DNA from: Hemiscyllium ocellatum
Taxonomy: Eukaryota
Direction of reading: 5' to 3'
NCBI RefSeq assembly: GCF_020745735.1
Contig: NC_083448.1
Span: 2,790,001-2,854,000, forward strand
DNA: 64,000 bases
In this document: piece by piece, positions 1 through 14,030 of the stretch
How positions within the stretch are numbered: the stretch's first letter is position 1
Layout of the letters: each line of letters opens with the position of its first letter
Made by a program: the position numbers and the translations under genes
The notes under the pieces: model-generated
The model's input: only the letters and a program-made list of their open reading frames with translations
What the model was told of the DNA's origin: nothing
The model's database searches: none

Positions 1-1840
1 TTAAAAGCTCTATCCACCTGAGTGTCAACTTTCAAAGATCTATGTACATAGACCCAAGATCCCTCTGTTCCTCCACCTGACTAAGAACCCTCCCGTTAAC
101 CCTGTATTCTGCATTCTTATTTGTTCTACCAAAATGGACAACCTCACACTTGGCAGGGTTGAACTCCATCTGCCACTCCTCAGCCCAGCTCTGCATCATA
201 TCTAAGTCCTTTTGCAGCCCTCCTCACTGTCCACAACTCCACCAATCTTCATATCATCTGCAAATTTACTGACCCACCATTCGACTGCCTCATCCAAGTC
301 ATTAATAAAAATTACAAACAGCAGAGGACCCAGAACTGATCCCTGCGGAACTCCACTTGTAACTGGGCTCCAGGCTGAATATTTACCATCTACCACCACT
401 CTCTGACTTCGACCGGTTAGCCAGTTTTCTATCCAATTGGCCACATTTCCCTCTATCCCATGCCTCCTGACATTCCGCATAAGCCTACCATGGGGAACCT
501 TATCAAATGCCTTACTAAAATCCATGTACACCACATCCACTGCTCTACCCTCATCCACATGCTTGGTCACCTCCTCAAAGAATTCAATAAGACTTGTAAG
601 GCAAGACCTACCATTCACAAATCCGTGCTGGCTGTCCCTAATCAAGCAGTGTCTTTCCAGATACTCATAAATCCTATCCCTCAGTACCCTTTCCATTACT
701 TTGCCTACCACAGAAGTAAGACTAACTGGCCTGTAATTCCCGGGGTTATCCCTATTCCCTTTTTTGAACAGGGGCACAACATTCGCTACTCTCCAGTCCC
801 CTGGTACCACCCCCGTTGACAGTGAAGACAAAAAGATCATTGCCAACGGTACTGCAATTTCCTCTCTTGCTTCCCACATAATCCTAGGATATATCCCGTC
901 AGACCCGGGGGACTTGTCTATCCTCAAGTTGTTCAAAATGTCCAACACATTTTCCATTCTAACAAGTATCTCTTCCAGCTTACCAGTCCGTTTCACACTC
1001 TCCTCTTCAAAAATACGGTCCCTCTCGTTCGTAAATACTGAAGAAAAGTACTCGTTCAAGACCTCTCCTATCTCTTCCGACTCAATACACAATCTCCCAC
1101 TAATGTCATTGATCGGACCTACCCTCGTTCTCGTCATTCTCATGTTTCTCACATACGCATAAAATGCCTTGGGGTTATCCTTGATCCTATCCGCCAAGGA
1201 TTTTTCATGCCCTCTCTTAGCTCTCCTAATCCCTTTCTTCAGGTCCCTTCCTGCTATCCTGTATCCCTCCACTGTCTTGTCTGAAACCTGTTTCCTCAAC
1301 CTTATGTAAGCCTCCTTCTTACTCTTTACTAGACATTCAACCTCCCTTGTCAAGCAAGGCTCCCGCACACGACCATTTCTTTCCTGCCTGATAGGTGCAT
1401 ACATATCAAGGACACGTCGTATCTGCTGCTTGAAGAAGGTCCACATTTCCACCACATCCTTCCCAGACAGCCTATGCTCCCAACTTATGCTCCTCAAATC
1501 CTGTCTTACAGCATCGTAATTTCCCTTCCCCCAATTGTAAAATCTACCCTGTTGGGCGCACCTATCTCTCTCCATAACCAAGGTGAAAGTCACAGAATTG
1601 TGTCACCATCACCAAAATGTTCACCCACTAACAAGCCCATCACTTGTCCCAGTTCATTACCGAGTACCAAATCCAATATGGCCTCCCCTCTGGTTGGACA
1701 ATCTACATACTGAGTTAGAAAAGCTTCCTGGACACACTGCACAAACACCGCCCCATCCAATCTACTTGATCTAAAGAACTTCCAATCAATATTTGGTAAG
1801 TTGAAGTCGCCCATGACTACAACTCTACGGCTTCTGCACC
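1..1840 (-). mobile_element. CR1/HER1-type LINE, 5'-truncated ORF2 (endonuclease C-terminal part + RT), frameshifted; runs off window start
   Basis: ORFs 1590-1814 (MGDFNLP, ILDLVLGN) and 202-1593 ([29 protein letters not shown]). Frameshifts near 1600 and near 218. Near-identical to the 30947-32075 copy where they overlap. Confidence 0.95.
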
Positions 1841-4800
1841 AATATGCTCGGGATCTGAAACATTAGCCCTTACATCATTTTTTTCAGCCAGGTAGTCTGT
1901 TGAGAAATCCTTCGTCCTTCCGTAGATTCTGCTTTCATTATCTTAATCTCTGCGATATAATTCACCCACACATTACCATTACCATTAGTCGCTGCGTTGT
2001 AACGGTATCTCCTACCAGAGAGTTCAACAGTTGCAAGAAGAGGGTGAAAAATCCATTCTGCCTAATGAATTGTGGAATATTCCGTTCAGCAAACAACCAA
2101 CACTATGTGCTGCTCTGAAGGAATATGTCTCACAGATTCCCTGAGCCCATGTCTTACAAGTTTCTATGCTTTGCAACGTGTTACTGTACAATGCCTTGAA
2201 CAGATGTGTCCTGGTGCTTTATCTCTGGCTGAGGAATATTTTCAGAGTGCTGCAGAACTGTCTTATTCAGACACACAGCTGGTGCAGGGCTTTAAGTACA
2301 CTATGAGTGTTTTTTTTATTCTTTCAGACATAAGGCAAAGGAATCATGAGTGTGCGGGTTCAGGCTGCCTCAAACAGATCATATTAGTAGAGTCCTCAAA
2401 GTTTGGTAGTTGCTGCGGGGTGGTGGAGCTAGCGATTGCGTTCTTAGCTGTTAGAGTGAAATCCTAGATAGAGACACTTTTCTTAAATATCAAACAGTTT
2501 GATTGCTTGTGTTTGCGCTTCTTTCCAATGGGCCAAAGGCAGACAGTATTTGAGAATAATGGCTCTGCTGCTTAATTACGTTTTCTAAGTGGTTGCTTAT
2601 GGAATGCTGCCTTAAGAGGAATAATTGTTATTTGGTATTTACATAACACGTTGTCTTTTTTAGTATTTGAATACAGTTTCACCCAATTTTTTTGTGTAAT
2701 TTAATTATGTTGAAAGAGTGAAGTGTGTTTTGATTAAAGCTTAGCAATGCATCAGTCGAATAACATCTGGAACATTTCAGCTTACCCTTAGGTTTTCTTT
2801 TACTAAACAAGTTAGTGCCTTGGCTATCTCCATAATATAATTTTTGGGGAGTCTGTTCTAGCGCATCGCAGTGGATAATCCATTTCCACCGGCTCTACGG
2901 TTATAAAACCATGAGGAACATGAGTAGGATTCGTCTATCTGGCCACTCGTGTCTACTCTACCCTTCATTAATTTCATGGCTGATCCGACCTTCCTTAGGT
3001 AAACCATCTTGTCATTTCCTGCAACTCTTGTTTCCTTCACTGATCAAGAATCTATTTCAGTTTTAAATATTTACAAGGACGTTGTCCCCACGTCAGTCTT
3101 CTGGCAAGGCATTCTCTCTAATTGACGAAAGTATTCCTCATCCTGGGTTAAAAATTTCGCCTTCTGTTCTCAGACGATGGCATCTGTTTCCAACTCTCTC
3201 CTGAAGAGAAACAGCCAATAAATATTGCATCAGTCAAGCCTCTTAATTATTCTCCTTGGTTCAACCAAACTACCTCTCGCTCTTGTTACCTGCAATGAGT
3301 AGAGTCCAGTCTTGCCTAGCCTTTGCTCATGAAATCATCCCTCCAGACCAGGAATCAGCCCTATGACCCTCCAGGAAACGGTCTCTAACGAAATGATAAC
3401 TCCCCCGAAATAAAAGATTCCAAACTGATTGCTCAGTACAATCTGGACTGTTGCTCTTGTTGCACTACCCAGTAAAATTATGTCTATACATTTGCCAAAG
3501 TGACTAGCCGATTGAGTTTAACACAAAGTTATGAAGGTTTGTTAAATATTTTCTGATGAACTACTCCCAAGAATACGTTTTGACGTTTTGCTTTTGCATT
3601 ACTCAAAGGATTAGCGACTTCATTGCGGCTTGAAGGTCACATTCATGTATTGAACAAATAAAATAAAATGCTTGATAATCATAGACTAACCAATAAATTA
3701 TCTCATTGATAATGTGAACTATATCCCATTATTCTGTGACTTCTTGTAAAATTGAATTTCTCGTGAAAAAAAAACCTTTCATATATTTGAAGATGAAGCT
3801 TCCACAAAACATGATTGAACAATTGCTTTGTTAAGATTTCGGGCGGGTTCAACTTATTCACGCTTGGGTTGGAAGTTTATTACTGTTAATAAATCTTCAA
3901 TACTTTAAGACCCGTATCCATGGCAAACACAGAACTGCGACATTTCTAAGCATGTGATCCCATTTCACAGAGAAAGGAAAACGTTATTACGATTCAGAAG
4001 AAGGCATAGCTTGCGTGTACCCTGGTTCTGCTTCATCCTCCCAAATCTCCTGATATTGTCACATAACCCTGGACACCATTTCTAACCACATAACTTTGTA
4101 ACATCCTCTTGAATGTCTCAAATGAAACTGTCCACACCACATTTGCAGGCAATATTTTCCATACTCACCAAACTCTGCTTGAACACATTGAAACCCTTTT
4201 CGAGTTGTGAAATAACGCCATGCTGGTCAGTAAACCGTCACCAACTGACGTTTTCTTTTGCATGTGCAAAATATGTTGACAGTACGCAGCCCGATCAGAG
4301 CCAGTCACGAGTATGAGGATAATCCCTGAGGCACATACTTATAACAAACGCAGCATTTGAGGGGCAGGAGAATCGATGTTTTGAGCATTACCCATTCATC
4401 AGGACTTTTTTCCGATCTCCAGCATCCTCAGTACTCACTTTTTCCTACTTATATTTCGTTGGCCCAGCTTAACATTATCCAAAATTTGAATTTATACGCA
4501 ATAGGAATCAGTGGCTCACCACTTTCCAATCACCATCGTCCATCTCCCTAACCCATCCCGAAGTTCGAGTGTAAAACCCTGATCATTTTACTCGAGCTTT
4601 TGTCCGAGATCCGATTACTTCAGATTGGACCTGGGCATAGACAGCGTTTATCGCTCTATAAACTTTCCCTTGTACCTGGAACGTAACCGTAGACGTCCCT
4701 TCTCAGCCTTAAATGCAACACGTATGGATGCTGTGACATGCATTCACCGTGGATGAGGAAGTTTCTTTCACATGAGCTGGAGAAGGAGAAGCCACGGTGT

Positions 4801-5099
4801 TTGACGCCATTTATGGCTGTACTGAGCGGAAGAGGTAAGTTTTCCTCCTACCCCTTTTCGAAGTAACTTCTTTTATGTGATAGATAAGGTTGTCACGGGA
4901 CTTGACTTTGCATTCACTTTACTATTGACCACACATAATCATTTTAGTGGTTTGAATTCGAAACTTCACCTGAAGAAAGCTGTGTCTCGCATGCTGGAGT
5001 CAGTCCACCACATTGGTGCTCCTGATGTGTTTTCACCCTTCCCCCCCCACCCCCGCAGGTGAAGGAATATCGGATTTGACCTAGTGCAGAATGTTCACC

Positions 5100-7100
5100 C
5101 CCATCAGCAACTCTGATAGAGCTTTTGTAATCATACAGAAACTTGAGCCATTTGGTATCGAGTGAGACTGTATGCTGTTTTTCAGCTTACATTCAACCTT
5201 AGAACTGCTGTTTCTGCCAGACCATTGTACAAGGATTAGTATGAATCTATGTAGACGTACTATACGATATTTGACTTTCTGTAAAACTCGAAATCAGTAC
5301 TGGTAAACGACGTTCCGCTGCCCGTGCCCAATACTTCCTGGAGTCCATGTATTGTTATTGTGATTGTCACTGGGCGGCACGGTGGCACAGTGGTTAGCAC
5401 TGCTGTCTCACAACGTTTGAGACCCGGGTTCAATTCCCGTCTCAGGCGACTGACTGTGTGGAGTTTGCACGTTCTCCCCGTGTCTGCGTGGGTTTCCGCC
5501 GGGTGCTCTGGTTTCCTCCCACAGTCCAAAGATGTGCGGGTCAGGTGAATTGGCCATGCTAAATTGCCCGTAGTGTTAGGTAAGGGGTAAATGTAGGGGT
5601 ATGGGTGGGTGGCGGGTCGGTGTGGACTTGTTGGGCCGAAGGGCCTGTTTCCACACTGTAAGTAATCTAATCATACCTGAATTTTGCGACTGAATTCTGT
5701 GCACATTCAATCACATCGAAGGGAATCCACATTGACCAAGAATATTGAGCTCACGGAAGGACGAATATAGTTGAACTGCAACGGAGTCCAGCGATTATCC
5801 AGCCATTTGCACGTATTTGGGAGATCTGCTCGCAGTAGTTTATTTTGGTGTTTGTCCTCCAGGTGTACTCCCACCAATCCTGCTATGTCAGCATCCAATC
5901 ATGGCTAACAAAAATTAATTCTTGCCAATATTTTCATTTTGGAATAGCCTTCTCGCGATGATCTTTGTAGAGTTCAGCCAGTATTTGGTGACGATAAAGG
6001 GCAATCACTCTTCTATCCCATAACATTATGCCATCGTCTACAGTAATCTGATCCCGCCAGGTGAGAAAGAGTTTACTTCTGGTTGTGATGGCGCTTTACA
6101 TTCGCCCATCACAATCAGAAACTGTTCAAGTTTTGCCTGTAAAGATCATTTTTGTTTGCAAAAGAGGACTTTGTCAGCAGTGATGAAAAGGGTGACCAAA
6201 AAGATGAAAACCAGAATGGACTCTTCCGTGGGAGGCACCACGGCTGGTGTATCTGTCAGCGTCGGGGAAGAGAGAAATCCCCATCTGTTACTTGGCCACT
6301 CGAATACACCGAATGCAATTTTACATTCTGAGAGAAAGGGACCCTGCTTATTTCGAAAAGAAGCTATGGGTTTGTGCAGCCTTGCTCCTTATTTATTATC
6401 AGTAGGGGTTTGTGGTCGAATTCTAATGCTAATTCACATCCCAAAAGGCTTTTTCCGGAAGTTTCACGCACAAACATGACAGTCAAGACTTGCTTCTCTC
6501 TCTGGGATGTGCATCGGCCTAAAAAGTCGGGAAGCACATGCTCTCAGGCGATTCTAAGGTTTTGGCCTCCAAGGAAACAACAAATCGTGATACTGTATTG
6601 GGTGTCATCATATGTCAGCACCACATCGCGTTTGCGATTGCAGTGGGCCAGCATCTTGGGTGATGATAGTTGCATTCTCGGTCCATGAAGGCTACATATT
6701 GGCTTGACGTCATTTTCAAGGCTAACCCTTTTCCCAATAGCCGCTGTAAGAGTGCCGAGATGGAGGCTAGTTTACTTGTGAACATTTTTGTAATAATTCG
6801 CCAACTCAAGGAAATACCTTTGCTCTGGTAGAGACATGAGAGTTGAGGCTGGTTTAAACAACCTCACTTTATTTTTCGAAGTGTGTAACCCTGTCTTGTT
6901 GACAATACAACACTAAACGTCACTTGGGGTGCCTGGATTGCGCATTTTGTTGCGCTCCTGAGGTGTACTCCTGCCTGGAGAAACCTTTAAGAGTTATGCT
7001 CAAGTTCTACAAGTGTTTATGGGAAAATATTTGCCCTGCATTGTAGCCAGTTTCTTTTTGAATGCCTACCACTACTGCGATAATTTGATCTCCCAGTTGA
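5100..7100 (-). mobile_element. Heavily decayed Ty3/Gypsy pol remnant (RNase H, integrase), interrupted by a SINE
   Basis: Minus-strand remnants: PKMLAH..DVVLTYD (LAHYD..LTCDAS-like), EFDHKPLL (RNase H TDHKPL), ILAELYKDH..KMKILAR..LDADIAGLV (integrase N-terminal region), HGLQEVLGTGSGTSFTS (GLPEVLVTDNGTSFTS-like core). Confidence 0.7.
5372..5672 (+). mobile_element. HE1-type tRNA-derived V-SINE
   Basis: GGGCGGCACGGTGGCACAGTGGTTAGC head (box A), GGGTTCAATTCC (box B), central CTCCCCGTGTCTGCGTGGGTTTCC, 3' GGCCGAAGGGCCTGT shared with the LINE 3' ends, TAATC tail. Confidence 0.93.
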
Positions 7101-7361
7101 GCTAAATCCTGTCCGCTGAGTACATTTAATCAATAGGCCAAGTAATGATTACCTCCTGTACAACATCTAACCATTGTCTAAACATTCATTACCATGAATG
7201 AATCATCAGACTATCAGCCATCTGGGGTTTACAATTGAGTCAAAATAAAACCATTACTCCCACGATATTAAACGGAACTCCCATCTCAGCATTCCACGTC
7301 ATTGACATACTGGGTTTTAATCATTGACCAGGTATTGAATTGGATTGGCCATCTAAGTAGT

Positions 7362-7715
7362 GATTAGATTAGATTCCCTACAGTGTGGAAACAGGCCCTT
7401 CTGCCCAACCAGTCCACACCGACCCGCTGAAGCGCAACCCACCCATTCCCCTACATTTACCCCTTATCTAACACTACTGTCAATTTAGCATGGCCAATTC
7501 ACCTGACCCGCACATCTTTGGACTGTGGGAGGAAACCGGAGCACCCGGAAGAAACCCACGCGGACACGGGGAGAATGTGCAAACTCCACACAGTCAGTCA
7601 CCTGAGTCGGGAATTGAACCCGGGGCTCTGGTGCTGTGAGGCAGCAGTGCTAACCACTGTGCCACCGTGCCACCCCTGTGCCACCGTGCCACCCCCTGTG
7701 CCACCGTGCCACCCC
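7362..7715 (-). mobile_element. HE1-type V-SINE with triplicated 5' head
   Basis: Reverse complement of the 5372 SINE; GATTA-repeat tail at 7362; CTGTGCCACCGTGCCACCC(C) three times at 7657-7715. Confidence 0.92.
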
Positions 7716-9004
7716 ATAGTGGCGACAATATGAAAGGCTGCAAAGTCCGAAGTGAGTAATTGATTCCTGAGTCGCAAAGCCACAATCCTTTTCTTTTAAA
7801 AAAAAATCACTCATGATTCTTGCTTGTCACTGGTTGGACCAGTATTTATTGCCTATTCCTGATTGTCCGGGAGAAGTAGGAGGTGAGCTGATTTCGAGGG
7901 CGCTGTATTCCTTGTAGGTAGCACCACAACGCTGTTAGGGAGGAAGTTCAAGTACTTTGACGCAGCAACACTGAAGAAATGGCGATATCATCCCAAGTCA
8001 GGATGGTGAGTGTTTCAACGGGGAACTTGCCATCTCCAAGGCACAATCCATGCATCTGATGGAATACTCCATACTTGCTTGAATGAGGGCAGCTCTATTC
8101 ACACTGAAGATGATCGAAAATATGCGGCACAAATCTGCTTGCATCATTGCCATCATATCCAGAAACGTCGACCTCCTCTACGACCCCCGCTCACTAGCAG
8201 CAGTGTACACCATGTAAAATCCAGAACATATTCCTAACAGGTGACCACGTCCATCTCGGGCGACATGTTCACCACAAACTGCACGTTCGGTCACAAGCCA
8301 TTTACCATCCCTTGCAATTAATTCACAGTGTCCTCCGTGTTGTTGGAACAAAACACTGGAGATTTTCTCACTCGTGATATTGCAAAGCTGCGTGCAAAAC
8401 ATAGAATCCAGCAAAATAAGAAGTAAGCTCAAAAGCACCTTCCCAAGAATAATCATAGAACGTCTGAAAATATGCAATACAAAAGGGGGCTATTTTACCG
8501 AGCTTGTCCATGCCAATCATTTCCAGTCCCACCTTCCTGCTCATAGCCCCATAGCTTTCAGGTTTTGAGGAGCAGATCGAAGTCATTTTTAAAAGGTTTA
8601 ATTTTTCCTGCCTTCATCAATAATTAAGTCAGTGAATTTCATACAATCATCACGCTCTGCGTCAAAACCTTTTTATGCCATCCCCTCTGATTCTTCACTC
8701 ACTGGAATGAGTGTGCTCCCCTAGTTTTTCAACTCTTTGCTAAGGAAACAGGTTCATCCTGGTCACTCAATTTCTACATCTCCAAATTTTGTATATATCA
8801 GTCATGTCGTGTGTCAGCATTCTCTGCTCCAAAGTTAACAGCATCAAACAGCGTATCTTTCCTGGTGGCTACAATTCTCCAGCTGTGACACCAGTTCTGT
8901 CAATCATATCTGCACTATCCACAGCAGGTACGTCCTTCCAATGATATGATCACAGGAACTGCGCACGATAGTCCACACGATTGTCTCATCTGTTAACATA
9001 AAAC

Positions 9005-10931
9005 TGTAAAGATGAGGCGTGAAGATTCAGTTGGGGCGATTGAGAGTTATAAGGTAGCCAGGAAGGATCTAAAGAGCAAGCTAAGAGCAGCGAGAAGGGG
9101 ACATGAAAAGTCCTTAGTTGGTAGGATTAGGGAAAACCCAAAGGCTTTCTATAGGTATGTCAGGAATAAAAGGATGACTAGGGTAGGTATTGGTCCAGTC
9201 AAGGATAGTAGTGGGAAGTTGTGCGTGGAGGCGGAGGAGATTGGAGAGAGACACTAAATCAATACTTTTCGTCAGTATTCACTCAGGAACAGGACACTAT
9301 TGCTGATGTGAATATTGAGTCACAAGTGATTAGAATGGATGACCTTGAGGTATGTAGGGAAGAGGTCTGGGGAATACTGGAAAGGATGAAAATAGATAAG
9401 TCCCCTGGGCCTGATGGCATTTCTCCTAGGATCCTCTGGGAAGCTAGGGAGGAGATACCAGAGCCATTGGCCTTGATTTTTATGTCGTCATTGTCTATGG
9501 GAATAGTGCCAGAAGACTGGAGGATAGCGAATGTGGTCCCCTTGTTCAAGAAGGGGAGTAGGGATAGCCCGAGTAACTATAGGCCAGTGAGTCTCACTTC
9601 TGTTGTGGGCAAAGTCTTAGAGAGAATTGTAAGGGATAGGATTTATGAACATCTGGAGAGGAATAATGTGATCAAGGATAGTCGGCATGGTTTTGTGAAG
9701 GGCAGGTCGTGCCTCACAAACCTTATTGAGTTCTTTGAGAAGGTGACTAAGGAGGTGGACGAGGGTAAAGCAGTAGATGTGGTGTATATGGATTTTAGCA
9801 AGGCGTTCGATAAGGTACCCCATGGTAGGCTAATGCAAAAACTACGGAGGTATGGCATTGAGGGTGCATTAGAGGTTTGGATTAGGAATTGGCTGGCTGG
9901 AAGGAGACAGAGGGTAGTAGTTGATGGAATAGGTTCATCTTGGAGTGCAGTTATTAGCGGTGTTCCACAAGGGTCTGTTTTGGGACCATTGCTGTTTGTC
10001 ATTTTTATAAAGGATCTAGAGGAGGGGCTTGAAGGCTGGGTGAGCAAGTTTGCGGATGACACGAAAGTCGGTGGAGTTGTGGACAGCGAAGAAGGATGTG
10101 GCAGGTTACAGCGGGATATAGATAAGTTGCAGAGCTGGGCAGAAAGGTGGCAAATGGAGTTCAATGTAGCTAAGTGTGAAGTCATTCTCTTTGGTAGGAG
10201 TAACAAGAAGATGGATTACTGGGCTAATGGTAGGCTACTTGTCAGTGTGGATCAGCAGAGGGATCTTGGTATCCATGTACACAGATCTCTGAAAGTTGCC
10301 ACCCAGGTAAATAGTGCTGTGAGGAAGGCATATGGTGTACTGGGCTTTATTGGTAGAGGAATTGAGTTCCAGAGTCCTGAGGTCATGTTGCACTTGTATA
10401 AGACTCTGGTGCGGCCTCATCTGGAGTATTGTGTGCAGTTCTGGTCGCCATACTATAGGAAGGATGTGGAGGCATTGGAACGAGTGCAGAGGAGGTTTAC
10501 CAGGATGTTGCCTGGCATGGTAGGAAGATCGTATGAGGGAAGGCTGAGGCACTTGGGGCTGTTCTCATTGGAGAAAAGAAGGTTTAGGGGAGATTTGATA
10601 GAGGTGTGCAAGATGATTAGGGGTTTAGATAGGGTAGACACTGAGAACCTTTTTCTGTTAATGGAGTCAGCTGTTACGAGGGGACACAGCTTTAAATTAA
10701 GGGGTGGTAGGTTTGGGACAGATGTTAGGGGTAGATTCTTTACTCAGCGGGTTGTGGGTTCATGGAATACCCTGCCAGTAGCAGTGGTGAACGCTCCCTC
10801 TTTATGGTCATTTAAGCGCGCATTGGATAAGCATATGGAGGTTATTGGGCCAATGTAGGTTAGGTAGACTTTGGTCGTTGCAACATCGAAGGGCCTGTAC
10901 TGCGCTGTATTTTTCTATGTTTTATGTTCTA
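9005..10931 (+). mobile_element. CR1/HER1-type LINE, 5'-truncated, RT domain and 3' tail
   Basis: ORFs 9012-9257 and 9221-10858 joined by a GA slip near 9245. RT motifs QGSVLGP and FADD. Ends GAAGGGCCTGTACTG...TATGTTCTA. Same subfamily as 45343-48422. Confidence 0.95.
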
Positions 10932-13800
10932 ACTGAACGTAGAACAGTACAGCAGAGTACAGGCCCCACGGCCCTCGATATTGTGCCTTCTTTATTATCC
11001 CACTCTAAGATAAAATTAACCTGCTTATCGAAGAATCATTTTAATGTCCCTCAATGAATATGACACTACCAACATCGCTGGCAATTCATTCCACGCACCC
11101 ATGATTCACTGCATACACAGTCCACGTTGACATCTCCATTGAACTTGTCTTCTTTCAACATAAAATTATGCCACCCTTATGATAGCCATTTCAACCCTGG
11201 GAAAATATCTCTGACTGTTCAGTGAATCCATGTGTCTCATTATCTTTAACACAGCTGTAAAGTCACCTCTCATCCTTCTTCGCTCCATTGAGAAACACCC
11301 TAGCTCCCTCAAGCTTTCGTCATAAGGCATGCCCTCCCACACAGGTAGCATCCTAGTAAATCTTCTCTCTCTAAAGCTTCCACATCCTACCTATAATGAG
11401 AATTTCAGAACTGAACACAATATTCCCAGTCTGGTCGAACCAGGACTCTACCGAGCTACAGCTGAACCTCGCAGCTCTGAAACTCTATTCCCCATCACGG
11501 AAATGCCCTCACTGCACGATTTCTTAACAACTCAAACAAATTGGGAGAGAATTTTGTGGGATCAATTGGCATGGAACACAGGATCCCTGTAAACATCCAC
11601 TGTGCCAACAATCCTGCTGGCAATCCTGTATTCTGGATTCAAATTCAACCTACATAATTGTGTACTTCAATCTTCTCCAGGTTGACCTCAATACGTTACC
11701 TATCACTATTGTTTTGCACACTGTCAATGTGCCGTTGCGCCCTACAACAGCGCTCTGCACTTTCCACCACTCTACCAAACTTCGTGTCACCGGCATAATT
11801 ACTAACACACCCTTCCACGCTCTCATCCAAAGCTTTTATAAAATTTACGAAGAGTAAAGGCTCCAGAACACATCACTGAGCAAAACCAATGATCACCAAG
11901 CTCTAGGCTGAATACAATTCATTCATTACCATCCTCTCTCTTCTCTGCAAAAGCCAGTTCTGTATCCTATCTATTTCTATGTAATACATGATTCCTTAAT
12001 TTCTGAATAAGCTGTGCATGGGAAACTTCATTAAACGCCTTTCAAAAGTCGAGGTGCAGCATATCCACTGCTCCATTTTCATTAATGTGTTTTGTCACAT
12101 CCTCAAATAATTCAATAAATCTTGTAAGGCATGTACAAAGCCATTCTGAGAATCTCTAATCAATCTATGGTTTTGCAAGTCACCATAAATCACATACTTC
12201 AGAAAGTTCTCCAATACTTTGCCCACTGCAAACGTAAGATGGACACGTCTCTAATTCCCAGGATTATCCCTATTTACTTTCCTGAGCAAAGAAATAGCAT
12301 TTGACACATTCCACTCACCTGGCATCAATCTATTGTGTAGTGAGGATGCAAAGATCATCGCCAAAGGCGAGCAAAATCTTCCCTCGCTTCGTCAAATAAC
12401 CTTGGCTATATCCCAACTGGGCGAGTGAACTTATCTACTGACAACTTACAGCGCATTCTTCTTCTTAACATCAACCTGTTCACGCATATCAGCCTGCTTC
12501 ACACTGTCCTCACAAACGTCAAGTACCCACTCAGTCGTGAATACTGAAGTAAATTATTCGTGAGGGGCATCCCCATCTCCTTTGACTCCAAGGACGTGTT
12601 CCCTTCACTATCACTGATCGACACTACCCTCGCTCTGACCATCCTCTCTTTCCTCAGATAAGTGTACAATACCTTAAGGTTTTCCTGAATCCTACCCGCA
12701 TAGCTTTCATTGATGCCCCCTTCTCGCTCTCCAAATTGCGTTCTTTCACTTCTTCCTGGTTACCCTGTAATCTTCCCAAGCCCTGCCTGATCCTTGCCTT
12801 GCCAAACTTAAGTAAGCTACTTTGTTCCTCTTCTCTCGATGTTCCACATCCCTTCTTCATCCTACCATCACCTACTTCAGCGAAACGTATATTTCTTGTT
12901 TTGTAATCTATACTTGTGTCAATGAAGGAGAACATTCCATATGCTTTCTTCACAACGTTATCTAACTGCACTCCGACCTTTCGGGACTTGTGCGCTTGCA
13001 CCATAAGATAGCTCACTTCATTTACCTATCTCACTACATTCTCATCTATTGTTCATTCTTTTCCGCTGATAGATTTGCCTACATTCATTAACACTCACGT
13101 ATCAAAGTTGAACTGCATATGAAACTTTCCTGCCTACTCCACTAACCCATCTAAGTTGGATTCAAAACTGTTCTCTATACCATTCACTGCACTGCTAGAT
13201 TTCTTCTTGTGTTCTGCATATTTTGCAATTGTGCCCCCCAAGTCCATATTTGAATCCAATTTTTTTAATGCACAAAACAAGCGGCAAGGAATCCAGCACA
13301 GAATACTGCAGAACACCACTTGCAATTGCAGCAATTGACCAGTACCCGTTGTTTCATGTTACTGAGGTAACCTTGCATTAGTGCTACAATATTATCCTGA
13401 ATTACATGTGATTTTACAATGTAACAAAGGACGGGTAATAAATTCTGGCGCACAAACGACGCCCACAGTGTACGAATGAGTTTTGAAAAATAGCCTTCCC
13501 CTAGTTTAGCACATTTATTGCTCCCCTATTCTTGTCTTTTTCTATAACTGTTCTCAACCTAACCGAGTTATGATTACTGTCTCCAAAATGTACACCACTG
13601 ATTGGACATTCACCTGTTCAAGATCATTTCCGAATTTTTAGTCCAGAAATGACTCCTGCAATGTTGGATCTCTCACTTACAGGCTAAGAAAAGGTATTCT
13701 GCTTGCATTTGGGGAGTTCTGTTACCTCTCTGCATTGCACAATAAAGCTAACTTAGTTAAATTCTGATTGCTTCAAATGCTTCGCCACTACTGTACCATG
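10932..13800 (-). mobile_element. Older decayed CR1 LINE remnant(s), tail-to-tail with the 9005 copy
   Basis: GAACGTAGAAC tail and CAGGCCCCACGGCCCTCG 3' motif at 10935-10980. Broken ORF pieces such as YDESLRELGCFSMERRRMRGD and VVKKAYGMFSFI. Confidence 0.7.
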
Positions 13801-14030
13801 ACGCTTGCACCACTCTCAGATTTGGTAACCAATTCAATTCTTTAGCTCTCTTTGATTGTTTTGGGGCATATGGGACACAACAAAAAATGTTTGTCTTATT
13901 ATGTGGCATTAATTCATCTTTTATAGTCTCAGTTGACGATCATTCAAGATCGTATTGATGTGCACCAGATAACTTCATCAATATGTCTATCACTTTCTAC
14001 ATCCTTCTAACCTAACTCAAGTTCGACCAT

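Noticed and set aside
4826-4845. Strong splice donor GAG|GTAAGT near 4835
   Set aside because: No convincing coding exon or partner exon found; cannot support a gene.
5372-5445. tRNA-like sequence with box A and box B
   Set aside because: It is the tRNA-derived head of a SINE continuing into SINE body and tail, not a standalone tRNA gene.
5260-5548. Recurrent MDCGRKPEHP.. / GRHGGTVVS.. ORFs (also 7518, 34356, 36137)
   Set aside because: Translations of SINE sequence, not genes.
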